A DNA stretch of 64,000 nt, taken from the NCBI GenBank assembly GCA_028534125.1, contig CM052817.1, positions 40,054,001 to 40,118,000 of the forward strand. Direction: 5' to 3'. Shown here piece by piece: positions 41,100-54,792 of this stretch. Both the position numbers and the translations under genes were made by a program. A model generated the notes under the pieces. That model was given only the letters and a program-made list of their open reading frames with translations. It was not told where the DNA came from and made no database searches. This stretch comes from Lama glama (taxonomy: Eukaryota). Position 1 is the stretch's first letter. Every line of letters begins with the position of its first letter.

Positions 41100-43385
41100 A
41101 TCACCCTAATTTTTTCTAATTGTTTTTCCATCTCATTTTCTCTAGTATCTCAAACCCAACAATCCATTGACCCCATTGTGACACCAAATACTGATACTAT
41201 AACATTGCTACTGTATTTCTCCCCTTAAAGGCCTCACCTCCCTCCTTACCTAGCTTAACTCCTATGGTCAATATTACAATCATTGAATTGCATATGCATC
41301 CATCTCTCTTGTTCTTCTCATGCTGTCATACTTTTGGGGCAAAATCATAATGCTGATTAAACCTAAGAGTTCACCCACTCCTTTCCTGCAATCATGGAGC
41401 TGAACTCTGATGGAGAAAAACACTCAACTAATTTGACTGATCTCATTTTAACGACTACAATCTTCAACTGAGCCCTTAATGCTGCCAAGTATACTACATA
41501 TTCCTAGTCCACTCACTGTCCCACTCTCCTAGAGAACTTTTTCCGATATTCTTGTACCTTTTCAACCTCACAACTCCCACCACCCCCAACACTTCGAGCT
41601 GACGACTCTGACTCCAACTTCACTGGGGACACTGAAGCAATCAGGGCACTCAGACCAATGTTACCACCACGTTACTAATGCCTGCACCCACATGCTCTAT
41701 GTTCCTGGCTGTTACTGTAGATCACTCAGGGCTATTCTGCCCACCAGGGAACATGCAGCAATGTCTAGTCATTTTTGATTGTCACAACTGGGAGTGGTGG
41801 TGCTACCGGCACCTAGTGAGTAGAGACCCATGATGCTGCTAAACATCCTCCAACACACAGGACAGCCTCAATAAATTATCCATTCTAAAATGCCAACAGT
41901 GTCAAGAAAGTCTGAGAAAGTCTGCCATAAACGAACTATCAATGCTCCTATCTAAAGCCTATCCCTCCACTAGATTCTTTCCCCTCTAATCTACTCCTGC
42001 AAGAATCCCCTCTATTTTCCACTGAATCATAAAAGAAAAAACAATCTCAGCCTAACCTCTGCTGTCATCTTCTACCCCATTACTCTGCTCCCTTTTATGA
42101 AAACTTCACCAAAGAGTTGCCCATGCTCACCATCTCCAATTCTTCTCTTCCTATTCTCTTTTAAACAACTCCAATCAGGCTTTCACTCTCACCATTTCAC
42201 CAAAACAGCTTTAGTCAAGGTCACCAATGGCCTCCATGTACTGGCTCTTATGGTTAACCTTCAACTTCTCATCTTACTTTACTATTAACACCACATTGAT
42301 CACTTACTCCTTCTTGACACATTTCCTCCTTTGGCTTCTAAGATAGCACACTCCACATTCTTCTGGTTTCCTTCTTACCTGAGATGTGGACCTCTTCACA
42401 TCCGAGTACTTAGTGCTCAGTCGTCTACCTGTATTCCCTCCCCTGGAGATCCCATCCACTCTAAAGGCTTTAAATTCCATCTACACGTCAGTGACTTCCA
42501 AGTGTACATCTCTAGTCCAGACCTCTCTCCTCAACTCTAGACTAATATATTCAACTCCCCAGTAAATACCTCCACTCAGTTATCACATGTCAGAAACAGA
42601 ACTCTTGAGCTTCCCTCAAAACCTCTCCTTTACCACTAAGTAGATGGCAACCCCATTTTTCTAGTGATTCAGACCCAGAATCAGGACTTAACTTGGCTGC
42701 TCTTCTTATACTTCATATCCAAGCTGTCAGGAAATCCTTAGCTTTACCTTAAAAACATAGCCAGAATCCAACATTTCTTATGTCTCCATCTCATCTGCAG
42801 TAGTGTATAAGCCTCTTAATTAATGTTCCCTACTTCTATCATTGCATACCTGTAGTTTATTCTTAACTCAGTAGTTAGGATGATTTTTTTAAAATACAAG
42901 TCAGATCATGTCAGCCCTCTGTACAAAATCCTCCAGTGGCTCCCCCTCATTTCACTGAGAAAAAAGCCAAAGGCCTTACAACGGATCACAAGACCCCACA
43001 AAATCTGGTCCCCAGTACTCTCTGATCTCACCCTCTATCGCTCTCCTCTCTGCTCACTCCACTCCACCCACAATGGTCTCCTTGCTCATCTTAAAATACT
43101 CCAAGCAGGCTCCCGTGTTAGGGCCTTTCCAATAGCCATCCTCTCTAAGAGGTTCTACTGACACTCTTCCTTCAGACAGTTCATGGCCACTCCCTTACCT
43201 CCTTCAAGTGTCTGAGAAGGTATCAGGACCCCTCTACCACTCCAATCACTCCATCTAATGGTACATTCTGTCCCCAACTTTGCCCCTTTCCTTTTCTCCA
43301 TAGTACTTATCACCTTCTAACACAGTACAAAATTTATTTATTTATTAAGTTGTTCATTATTTGTTTTCTGCACTAGAATATAAGG
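41100..43385 (+). mobile_element. Long L2 fragment
   Basis: ctccaatcaggctttcactctcaccatttcaccaaaacagctttagtcaaggtcaccaatg; tail cactagaatataag. Confidence 0.75.
41717..41925. mobile_element. MER20 (hAT-Charlie) nested in L2
   Basis: tttttgattgtcacaactggg...gatgctgctaaacatcct. Confidence 0.8.
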
Positions 43386-43433
43386 AAAAAAAGCAAGTGA
43401 ACAATTATATATATATCCATCCAATATCCACTA

Positions 43434-43577
<144 letters not shown>

Positions 43578-43885
43578 TTATTTCAACTGATATTAGTAAC
43601 TAATTAAAATAAATAGATAATAATCTATTGTGACAATGCTCTCATTCAACATATTAAGCAGGCAAATAAATACTAAAAGTTTACCTAGCCCATCCAAATT
43701 TTTCTATGAATTTTGCATTCATAGAATATCAAAATAGTGACCTGAAATAACACATTTCTGCAGTGCGGATTGTGGCAATAATTTAGTTTAAAGTTTTGCT
43801 TTTATGCCACTGCATATATAATGCTGGAGTTCTCCTATGTTCTCAGCCTAATTCACAATTTTATCGATCTTAAAAAGTTGTCTCC

Positions 43886-44016
43886 GGGGGAGGGTATAGC
43901 TCAAGTATTAGAGTGCATGCTTAGCATGCATGAGGTCCTGGGTTCAATCCCCAGTACTTCCTCTAAAAATAAATAAATAAGTAAACCTAATTGCCTCCCC
44001 CACAAAAAAAAAAAAA
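43886..44016 (+). mobile_element. Vic-1-type SINE
   Basis: gggggagggtatagctcaagt...ggttcaatccccagtac; A tail; TSD-like ttgtct. Confidence 0.85.
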
Positions 44017-44408
44017 TTGTCTGAAGAACATTTGCTTCATAAAACCAAACTGTACTATATGAGCAAATGTTAGCTGCACTTAAAACATAATCAATATTTA
44101 TTTGACTTTACATTGTAAAATGCTGTTTGGCACACTATTTGTAAAAATGAAATTGAATTATTATCATCTTTAAAAATCTAACAGTATCTCTCAAAATAAT
44201 TACTGCTATCTCAAGTTCAAAAATCACTGCTCTAATAAGCCAATGTTTTATAACTATAAATGGAATATAACCTTTAAAAACTGTGAATCACTGTGCTGCA
44301 ACCTGAAACTTACATAATATTGTACATCAACTATAGCTCAATTTTTTTAAAAAATCACATAATAAACAGATTCCTAACAAACAAAACAAAACAAAAATCA
44401 ATGCTCTA

Positions 44409-44573
<165 letters not shown>

Positions 44574-46169
44574 TTAAAAAAATAAGAGATAAGAAAACAT
44601 GAGTAACTTACACATTTTCATTAAGCAATCAATGTTTACCTAAAATTAAAACTAAAAACAATATATATTAGTATATCCTTCAATGCATTATTCAGGGATT
44701 TACACACCCCTATGACCTTACATTATAGGACCAGTTTTCCTTATGCTAAATTATTTAATTATATAATGACTACATCAAAACAGTAAAAATACCACAGCTT
44801 TTCTAAGAAACAGAAGTGGTTGGGAAAAAGTTTTAACAGTTGAGAATTTTATATCATTCCTTTCTCTTCTTTATTTTTCTACAGATTGAATGTACAGACA
44901 CACCTACATTTTTATTTATGTTCTTATATTCCACTGAGCTACAATAAAGAGTTAAAGAAGAAACAGTAAAATAGCTGTCAAGAAATTTAAACAAAGCGAG
45001 TGATGATAGTTACCACCACTTGAACTTTCTCAATAAAGACAACAAATAAGAACTAGATGCATAGACTTATTTAATGACACTGTTTATAAACATTTATAAA
45101 TTTATAAACATTACGATACATGATTAAGGATAAAAACTGTGGAGCCACACTACTTCCAAACACTCCTGATTACACGCCCTCAGACAAGAAACTTAACTTC
45201 TCTGTGCTTCTTCCTCTTCTGCAAAGCATGGCCAAGGCTGCTGTGAAGCTTAATGCAATACACATATACATAAAGCACTTTAAACAATACCTAGTGCATA
45301 GCACTCAGCAAATGAAAGTTATTATTATCACTATTATTACATTTCAGAAAACGTTGTCATGCTTATGACCACTCCTTGGATAAATTAAGTTTACATCAGT
45401 AGTTACTGGGGAAATAAATGATGGTTCAGAACCATTCAGTTGACATAAATGATTTTAACAGTAGAGTGCTTTTTTCAGTGGTTCACTGAACTCACAATTT
45501 ATATAAAGATCAAAAGTTATAAGAAGCACTATTCTTTTGCTACAAAGTGCAAAGTTCTCAATAAAGCCACTCCTAAGGGTTTTTCTGAAATCATTGCCAA
45601 TTCGTCTCACATTATTACAGGCCCCAATTTTTTGAGGCAGTAACTTATAGGTCTTGTAACTAACCAGTTTATAATATATAAATTGGAATCGGATGATACT
45701 GGATGTGACTGAGAAAATGGTTTCATGACAAGTGCCATTAGGTACCTGTAACTGCTAGAAAGAAATTACTACACAAATTAGCACTTCCCAGGGAAATATA
45801 AGTAACTAAGAACTGTAAATCAGAAAACCTAGTTTCTAGTCTAGGTTCTGCCACTGACTAGTTGAATGTCCTTGGAAAAAAGTCACTAATCCTGAGACTC
45901 ATTTTACAGTACACTTTATAGGGCTATCTATACCTATACTATTAGTCACAGGGTTATGACAAGGAGCCTGTGTGATGGATAATGTGTGCGAAAGCACACG
46001 GTAAACCGTAAAGCACTATCAAGTATCATTAATATTGTGAACAAAGAATAAATTCCAACCTGAGTTTTGAGCAATTTTCAAGATAACTGGATATGTTTAA
46101 GGTCAAGGAGTGGAGAAAGTGTCTTGAAGTATGGAAATGTCTAGTTCCCATTCAAAAGAACTGTTCTTA

Positions 46170-46430
46170 GCATTAATAACAGCTAACACTTATCTAGCAT
46201 TTATCATATGCCAGGTACTGTTCCAAGTACTTTACTATGTATACTAACTCATTTAATCTCCCAACAATTCTACAGAGTAACTATCACATTCCTATTTTAT
46301 AGACAAGGAAAAGGAGGCACAAAGAGGTTACCTAAGATCACACAGCTAATAAAATAGCAGACCAGGATTTGAATCCAGACTATTCTCTTTGTCATTATGC
46401 TATATTGTCTCTCATCAGTTAGTCTATCAG
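46170..46430 (-). mobile_element. MIR
   Basis: aataacagctaacacttat...cctattttatagacaaggaa...ccaggatttgaatccag. Confidence 0.75.
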
Positions 46431-46621
46431 TAACTGTATAAAAACCTTAACTGCAAATGTAACAATGTCTTCACAATTCATTGAAAAACAACAAGTATCA
46501 AGTTGTAAATAGTATAAGTTCTAAAACCAATCTCAACGCATATTTAATTTAATCTCAATGTAAATTATATTGAAAATTTGATATAAAACAAGGCATGAAC
46601 AAGTTTTAAAGTCCTATCTCA

Positions 46622-46846
<225 letters not shown>

Positions 46847-48714
46847 CTAGTTTGTGGTTTTCTTTATAGAACATCATAGTTTTTTTTTTCAAGTTTCCAA
46901 TCTATCACAAGAAACACTAAATCTATAATTCAAAGTTCCACTTCTAGTTTTCTTTACAGTATACCACAATTTTTAGGTTTTCAAGTACATCACAAAAAGT
47001 GAGTCTATAGGTTACTGGATCTGAGGTGCCACTTTTTCTTGAAAGCTTTAGTTTTAAATTTTAAATGTCAATTTTCTTTCAAATGTCTCAAAAAATAAGC
47101 TATATTTCCTTCACGTCTGTGTTATACAGACACACAAGAAAGTTATTTGAGGTGTCCTAGAACCTTTTCCTTGTGGACCTAATGAATCTTAGGTTATTAA
47201 CAATAGAATGATGTTGACTAGGCAATGAAGTCAAGTATCAGAGATTAAATGTCTTAGTGTATACAAAATAAACTCCACCATACCCAGTGTACTGACAGAA
47301 CATTCTTTATGCTGTCAGTCAGTGCCTATTAATTCTTTATTTGCATTCAGTTCTAATAACTGTTCTGCTAATATTCATGATCACATGAGATTCAAATCAG
47401 CATTCTTAAAATGATGGGGAAATGCTAAAAACAAGGACAATACCAATTATTAGGGAATGGCAAATTCCTTCCTAAACTGTAAACTCCATGAGGACAGGGA
47501 ATTTTGTTTGTTTTGGTCACTACTGATACATAATGCCTAGAATAGTACTTGGCACATCATAAGCACTCAAATACATAACAGGGTTAGTAACATTTTATTT
47601 CTTAAATTGAGTAGTTGGTACATGAGTATTACACTATTCTTTACCCCGTTTGTCTCAATCATAATATTTATTAAAAGCATTAGTTAATGCATTTTATAAA
47701 CCTAATTGCAATTATTCAGAACACCATCCAGAATACAGTCAAGAAATAAAAATATACAAATAGGGCCCAAATTCATTCAAATTTATGATGTATATTTGTA
47801 GGGCACACTCTCAAGCTACAATTCGGCACTTACTGATTCTCATCTTATACATTATTCTCAAAGCCATTATACTTCTCAAAACCACAATGAATCAAACTGA
47901 CTTTGATATACTGACAGAAAAGGTACACTGACAAAAAAGACAGCAAACTCCAAAAGAAGAGAAAAACTATTCCAAGAAAGCAAGGAAATATTATCAAGCT
48001 TTAAAATAAAAATTGTTATTTTTTAAATTGCTACATTTAAGGAATAAAATTCAGTTATCTAAAAAGTCATTTACAGAGACTATCTCATTCTCTCTATATA
48101 TACACATATATACACATATGCACATATATTTTCCATATCTATATTTATACATTTACTTTATTGTCCTCGGCATGGTTTTAGTTAATATATTCAAAGGTTT
48201 ATCATTTCTTTTTTGGATTGGATTACTTTTCTTATTCAGATCAAGAATAATAGCTATATCCTCTTACTCTTACATGGCTATAGGTTATTTTATACTAATA
48301 ATATATTCAAAGAGACAATATCTCACAAAAATTTGCTAATAACTTAAGTTTTAATGTATAGTTTCATAACTTATCAATCACCTAATCTGCACTGGGAACA
48401 CCAAAAAAAAAAAAATCTAAAACAGTGGAAAAGAGGGAAAAGTGACTGACGTGGAGAACATGACAAGTACCAATATTTTTTTCCTTAAGATATATTATGG
48501 AGGAAAATAAATTTAATTAATTAAGGCACCTTGCATCTGTCCTATCCATTTATCATCAAATGTTTATCGAACATTGATTATGTACATAAACTAAAGTACA
48601 ATGTCAATTCCCGATTTCTTGGCACTTGAAAGAAATCTGAAGGTAAATAAAATATGTACACATGAAAATGTACCACAGTCACTATTTAGGATCAAAATGA
48701 GCAGAAGAGGTATG

Positions 48715-50430
48715 TAGTCACAGATCTTCCACTTATAGTAATGGTGACCTGGATGACCGGACCAGCCCTACTTCAAAAAAAACAACATAAAAAGCTGAAA
48801 GAAACGAAAAACAAAACAGAACAGAACAAAACAAAACTTTCAATAGCACAAAATCCCTACAAGAAAGAGTAAACAGAAGAGACTACAGGCACAAAGAGAT
48901 GAACCACAGCTTCTGCCTGAAAGCATTTGCTGACTGTGGAAAGACAGCAGAAAGGTAGAAAGAGGCACTTCCAGTGGGGCGGATGGAGCGGGCTCAGCTA
49001 GGCTCGGGGGTGTTCTGCCATCTGCTGGAAACACTGAGAGGCAAGCTGCAATTTCCAGCAGACTAATGAAACTAGAACAGGGATCTGGGAGGTTTCACCT
49101 GCCAAAGGAGGAAACACTAGCACTTTGGAAGTAAGGTTACAAATTCTATTCCAAGGATTATCTAGTAGGTAGACCAATAAATTTGGAAGCCTGGGTCCTA
49201 GACTGCTGGCACCTCAGGTGCCTGGCAGAAGGAAATGAAAATCCTCTCTGAAAGGTAACATCATAGGCCTCCAGTTGTTTCTAAAACTACATTTTAAAAT
49301 AAATTGCCCAACATAGAAGATTACAAGGCACATGACAATATTAGCAAGGATCAACAAAAACAACAGACAATAGCAACAAACAGGGACTCCAGTTAAGACT
49401 GAAGTACACTTATGTTTATCAACTTTATAGAGAAAAAGACAAGCTTTAAAGTTTCAGCAAGAAACTAAGAAACCTAAAAAGTGTCATTTGAAGAAAGAAT
49501 CACCAAAAAACTAAAGAACTAAAAAACACTACCACCAAACTTAAAACTCAGAGGAGTTCTTAACAGCCGACTAGACACATCTGAAGAACTGATAAACTAG
49601 AAAGCAGGTCAGAACTTACTCAGAATAAAGCACTGAAATGGAAAGTACAGAAGACAGGGTAAGGCACATAGAGGTCACAGTAAAAAGGCCTAACTAGGGT
49701 TTCACTGGGGTCCTAGAGGAGAAAACAGAATGGGACAGAGGTAACATTTAAAGAGATATAGCTGAAAACCTCTCAGGACAATGAGAGGATCCAATTCATT
49801 GTTTCAAGAAACAATGAAACTCAACCAGGATAATGGGGCAGAACATTTGCAAAAATTGGCCATAGTTCTTTTACTCTCTGTATCTATGCCCCTTTGCAAT
49901 GTGACTTTGTAGCTCTTCACATTCAGTAGCATTTATTTCCCCACCCTTTGATGTGGGCTTGTTTTAGATCAACAGAATGCAGTAAAAGTAAAGTACCTGT
50001 TCCAAGCCTAGATCTCAAGAGAATTTGTATCTGTCTTTATCTCTTGGAACCTGACTGTTGCCATATGAAGGAGTCCAGGACAATCTATTCAATAACGAGA
50101 CATGCAGCCCACTCACCTCCACTGCTCCAGCCAACACACAAGCAGAATCTGACCTGCCTACTTGCCTACCTGGCCTGAAGCTGACTACAGATGCATATGG
50201 AGCCTGTGTGGAACCAAGACCACATGGAGTAGAGAAGAATCAACCAACTGGGCCCAGCCCAAACTGCCAATCCAAAGAATGGTGAGCTAAATAAATTATT
50301 GCTTTGAGCCACTAAGTTCTGGGGTGGTTTATTTCAGAGCAAAAGCTAACTGACATAGATAAATAAAAACAAATCCACAGACACATCAAAACAAAGCTGC
50401 AGAAAATTAAATACAAAATCTTAAAAACAG
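48715..50430 (+). mobile_element. Old L1 5' UTR/ORF1 remnant interrupted by an MLT1 LTR
   Basis: ORF1-like A-rich sequence (ggggtcctagaggagaaaacagaatgggacagagg...gctgaaaac) resumes after 50355. Confidence 0.55.
49833..50355 (+). mobile_element. MLT1 (MaLR) LTR
   Basis: gccactaagttctggggtggttt...gcaaaagctaactgaca terminus. Confidence 0.8.
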
Positions 50431-52109
50431 CTATGTGCTAAAATAATCTTTTAGAGGGGAGAAATAATTTCCTAATGAGGTTGATTTTTAAGCATTCTAA
50501 GTTTCTGAACTTAGTATTCAGTGGGAAAGAGTAGGGGAAGACAGATACTCTAGGCAAAAAAAAAAAAAAAAAGAAATCACGACCTGAAATATAGTCCAGT
50601 TTGGTAAGACTAATGTAAAGCCAAAAGGTAGATGTGTTCAGAGTTAAGGGCTATGAGCCAAGCAGATAGACTGTATTCTGGCTTTGTCACTAGCTATGTG
50701 ACCTCGGAGCTAAATATTTCACCTCTGCACTTTAGTTTTCTCATACGTAATGTAAATAGTATCACTTACTGTTAAGGATTTTAAAATGTAAGTAAAGTTG
50801 TGCTTGGCATGTGATAACTTCACACTCTTCCCTGGGAACCATTGAAACTTGTGTGTGGAAATAAAAGAGACCCAGAGAATCTGAGTAAGAAGAGGACTTT
50901 GAGGTTATACAGTCTGACCTCAGTTTTGTGTGTGTGTGTGTGTGTGTCCTCTATTTTTTGACAATTCTATTCCTGTCTATTATTAGTAAGCTCTGATCCA
51001 AAGTCTACCTCTGTGAGGTATAAAAATATATTTTCTTTTCTACAAAACAGCTTTTCTCATAGTCAAGGGCAGCTAAAAGGCCTTCCTCTAACTCCTTTCT
51101 CCAGATCAACAGCTTTTTGTAAAAAGAAATGTTTAGATTTCAAAGGCCTGGTATTTCCCTCTGGTTTTTTTCCTCCATGCCACAGAACCGGAAAGGGAAA
51201 AAAAAAAACACCCTATTTATATAGGATTAACTCAACAAAGACCTATAATCCATGACCTCAAACCTGCCCTCAAAGAGATTACATTCTAGTTGGAGAAGCA
51301 GAGACGCAAACAGACCAAACAATTAAGTGCTACATTAGAGGTAGATATAGGATGCCAGTTGGCATAGGAAGAGCAACTAACCAGGTCCTCTGTGTGTTGG
51401 TAGTTGTTCAGAGAAGGCTTTTTGTGAGAAATAACATCTGAATTGAATTCTGAAGAACCATGTATGTTTTAGCCAAGTGAAGAAGATAAGCAATCACAAC
51501 AGCTATCTACTCAAATGCTCTCGAGGCTTTTTACTCTTCTTCTAAAACTTTGTATGAGATAATTAATACAATTCAAAATATGTACAAACGCAGCCTATAT
51601 AACTTGCAAATAAGCTTCTCACATGGCTAATTTCTTTTATCAATTTTGGACTACTGTATTATCTCACAGTTACGGCAAAGCATTTCTAATTGAAGTTTTG
51701 ACAAGAAATGCCATAAAGTCTAGTGGGTAAAAAAATGAGCTTTTTAGGGTAGACAAAGCTGGTTACAAATATAAGCTTTGCACCTTTCCAGCTATTCACT
51801 GAGTCAGCCAGTAGCATCAATATTTTAAAAAGGAATTTACTCCATAATTTCTTAATATGGAATCCTCCGTTACTCAGCTCCTAACATAAACCCTAAAACC
51901 ACTGATATATTTCAAGATTACTTATCTCGTAAGTACATACCTTATATCACGTAGCTGGCAGAACTGTTTTATTATGAAAATAAATATGACACATTCGTGT
52001 CCAGATAAGACCAGATATGTATCTACAGGCAAGGCCAAGACTTTCCTCAGAAAGCACTGGTTATCAGTTATCAAGCACATTATTTCATTTAATCTTCACA
52101 ACAACCCCA

Positions 52110-52587
52110 TGTAGATTGCTGGCGTCCAATGAATTATGCCTCCCTCTGACCATGCCCCTCTACAATGTAACTTGACCACTCTTTCCATAAAGAAGTAGAT
52201 CCCATTTCCCTTCTCCTTGAATCTAGCCTGGTCCTGTGACTTACTTTGACCAGTACTTGAGAACTGATGTCGTGAAACTTCCAACGGTAGCCTTAAGAGG
52301 TCTTGCAGCTTCCACTCTCACCCTCTTGGAACACTCCCATGGCCCTGTAAGGAAGCCTCACTACTAAACGAGAGACAATGTAGAGAGAGCCTGAGCCAAC
52401 AGCCGAATATGTGAGTCCATGTTAGACCCATCACCCCAGGTGAGCTGTCAGATGACTGCTCCTGTATGAGTGGGCCCAGACAAGACCAGCAAAGCAGCCC
52501 AGTCAACCCAAAGAATCTTGAGAAATTATAGTTGTTTTATACCACTAAGTTCTTGATTTGTTACAGAGCAATAAATAACTAAAGCAC
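52110..52587 (+). mobile_element. MLT1 (MaLR) LTR
   Basis: ccttgaatctagcctggtcctgtgacttactttgacc...ttgttacagagcaataaataact. Confidence 0.8.
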
Positions 52588-53949
52588 CCAATAAGATAGA
52601 TACTACTGTTTATCTGCAATTCAGAGCCGAGGAAGTAAATGCTAGCTTAAGTTCCAGAATTCTGCAAATACATAAAAACTATATCTCTTCTGATAGCTAA
52701 TACAGATTTTTCTTCAACAAAACAAAAAGGAGAAAGCAAGCACAGGAGAAAAAAAAAAAGCTAGTTTTACTTTCATCCAAATCTATTCAAATTACATGCA
52801 AAAAAGGATTGAGCCATGGGACACATTCAACTTATTTCCAACCCAGGGAATAAGTTAATATGCATTTGTTAATTGCTTAATAAAATAACAGTAACAATGA
52901 CAATCTTGAGGTTCTAAGTGTCAGGCACTGTTCTAAGTGCTATGTGTGATATAAGTGTATATGCAAACACATACTCATATGTTCCCAGACAAAATGAGTT
53001 CCATAATTACACAATTTTCCTGAGAGGGAAATGGTCGCACAAAGTAAAGCTCAAGATACACAGCTAAATTTCCCACTGATAAAAGTAGATTGCATTTACC
53101 ACCAGATGCACTACAGCCTACATAGAACAGTCAATGCTTCAACGTCCAGGTTAGAGCAGACATATCCTATTAATATAGATGAAAGTCGTCTCAGCTGTCA
53201 TGCTGTAAATAGGATCAACATGAAAAGCATATTTTAAACAGAATGCCTGTTCATTACAACAGAACAGCTCTGAGAAACCCACAAAGAGAAAACGGACAAT
53301 TTATCTGTCTATGTATCTGTCTGTTTATCTATCTATAATTAACACTGTTGAATAACTGCTTGCAGGCCAGGCATATGTCACAAATTTTAAGTTGGAGTAG
53401 ATCTAAGCCTTCTACATAAATTCCGACAAAATTCCTAAACAATCCAGATTCCTGCAAACATCGCTACTCTAGATATGCTGACCCACGTTATGGTGACATT
53501 CTGCCTACGTGCCCTTCTTCAGAGTTGGTGGAGGAGACCGAGTATCCAAAACACAAGAACCTACAGAAGAAGATGGTTCGAGTGGTTCTGGACGACATGA
53601 TAGCGGCCATACCTCCTCAGCCCCCGTCAGCCTCAAGAAGCCATCTCCCTGGCAAACTCTGCACCAAGATCCCAGAATACAAATTTCCCTCAATCAAAAA
53701 GAAAAGAAGAGAAAGTAGGGGCAAAGAGAGGCCAGAATTCGGTGTGAGAGGCTGGCCAGAGAAGGGAAGGGGCATCAGGGAAGGCTTAGAAGGCCAAGAG
53801 AGCAGTCGTCCGAAAGACCGCGCTTCCAGAATCTTAAGGGACTGGAAAGGAGGCCATCAAAAATTGAGTAAGTTGACAGTCACCCCAGATCTATGGTCCC
53901 GAGGGCTCCCTGCACAAGGTCCCCTCCAGTTTTCTGCTGCTCCCAACAT

Positions 53950-54600
53950 TTGCCTTCACAACCAACCTCAGGCCCGCCCCCTCGGTCGGCAGGCCCGCTC
54001 CTAGCCTCACATTCGAAAGGCGCCGTCAACCCAAGGAAAGCAAGTCTCTGGCTTCACTCCCCACCTCCCAAGCCCCTGAGAAATACTCACTTGCCCGCCA
54101 GATCTTTATGAGAACCACTCGAATTCATGAGCTGGCCCAAATCTTGTCGCACGGCCGCCGCCATCTTTCTCCCAGCTCAGCGGAGGCTGCGGGAACCTCT
54201 CGCTGCCAAAAGAAAACGAGTGTAGTCCTCCAGAGTGCAGCCAGAGGGAACCCGAGATGCCACAGAGTAGCGTCTGTGTGGGCCAGAGCGCCGGGTGTGG
54301 GAGCCGGCATTAGGCCCGCCCCCAGGTTTGAGTGGCAGGAAGCTCCACTCCTCAAGTGTTAGGCCCGCCCGGCTTCTCCCATACGCTCAGGCTCGCACGC
54401 TCCCACTTCGGATTGGCGGATGAACTCCAAGGGACTGTGTCGCTTGTGCAACCCCAGTAAGTGCCCAAGACGCAAAACTACTGCGTTTTTGTCAGGTTCC
54501 GTGCCTCACGCCTATGGTTTGCCGTCCCTTTAAGGCAGCCCTCAAGCTACCCGAGGTAAAGAAAGAGTTGTTTTTGTTTACAATTCACCAGAGACCGGTA
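53950..54600 (-). promoter_or_regulatory. COPS4: COPS4 CpG-island promoter
   Basis: CpG-rich; GC boxes at 53970, 54312 and 54361; CCAAT box (gattgg ~54411); YY1 motif GCCGCCATCTT at 54157-54167 over the ATG. Confidence 0.8.
54091..54164 (-). CDS. COPS4: COPS4 exon 1 coding part (COP9 signalosome subunit 4)
   Basis: aagATGGcg; MAAAVRQDLGQLMNSSGSHKDLAG(K); donor AA|GTGAGT; the ten exons sum to 1221 nt = 406 aa plus stop. Confidence 0.97.
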
Positions 54601-54659
54601 CTTTTCTGAAGTACAATAAAAAATGTCTCCATTCCCCTTCCCACTCCGCACCCTTTACA

Positions 54660-54792
54660 TAGGTTGATTATACACCCCAGTTTGTCCGGGACAGTGCCAT
54701 TTTCCATCTGTTGTCCTGGAGCAGTAGTTAATAACATGTCCTTTCACTCTAGAAACTGTTCCATGTGGATGACAAATTATATGATCACCTTA
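54660..54792. mobile_element. MER94-like hAT-Blackjack MITE
   Basis: Degenerate TIRs taggttgattata / tatatgatcacctta; internal ttgtccgggacagt; ~133 bp. Confidence 0.65.

Noticed and set aside
47291..47319. Hairpin actgacag...ctgtcagt as miRNA or snoRNA
   Set aside because: Only an 8-bp stem; too short for a pre-miRNA and no box motifs
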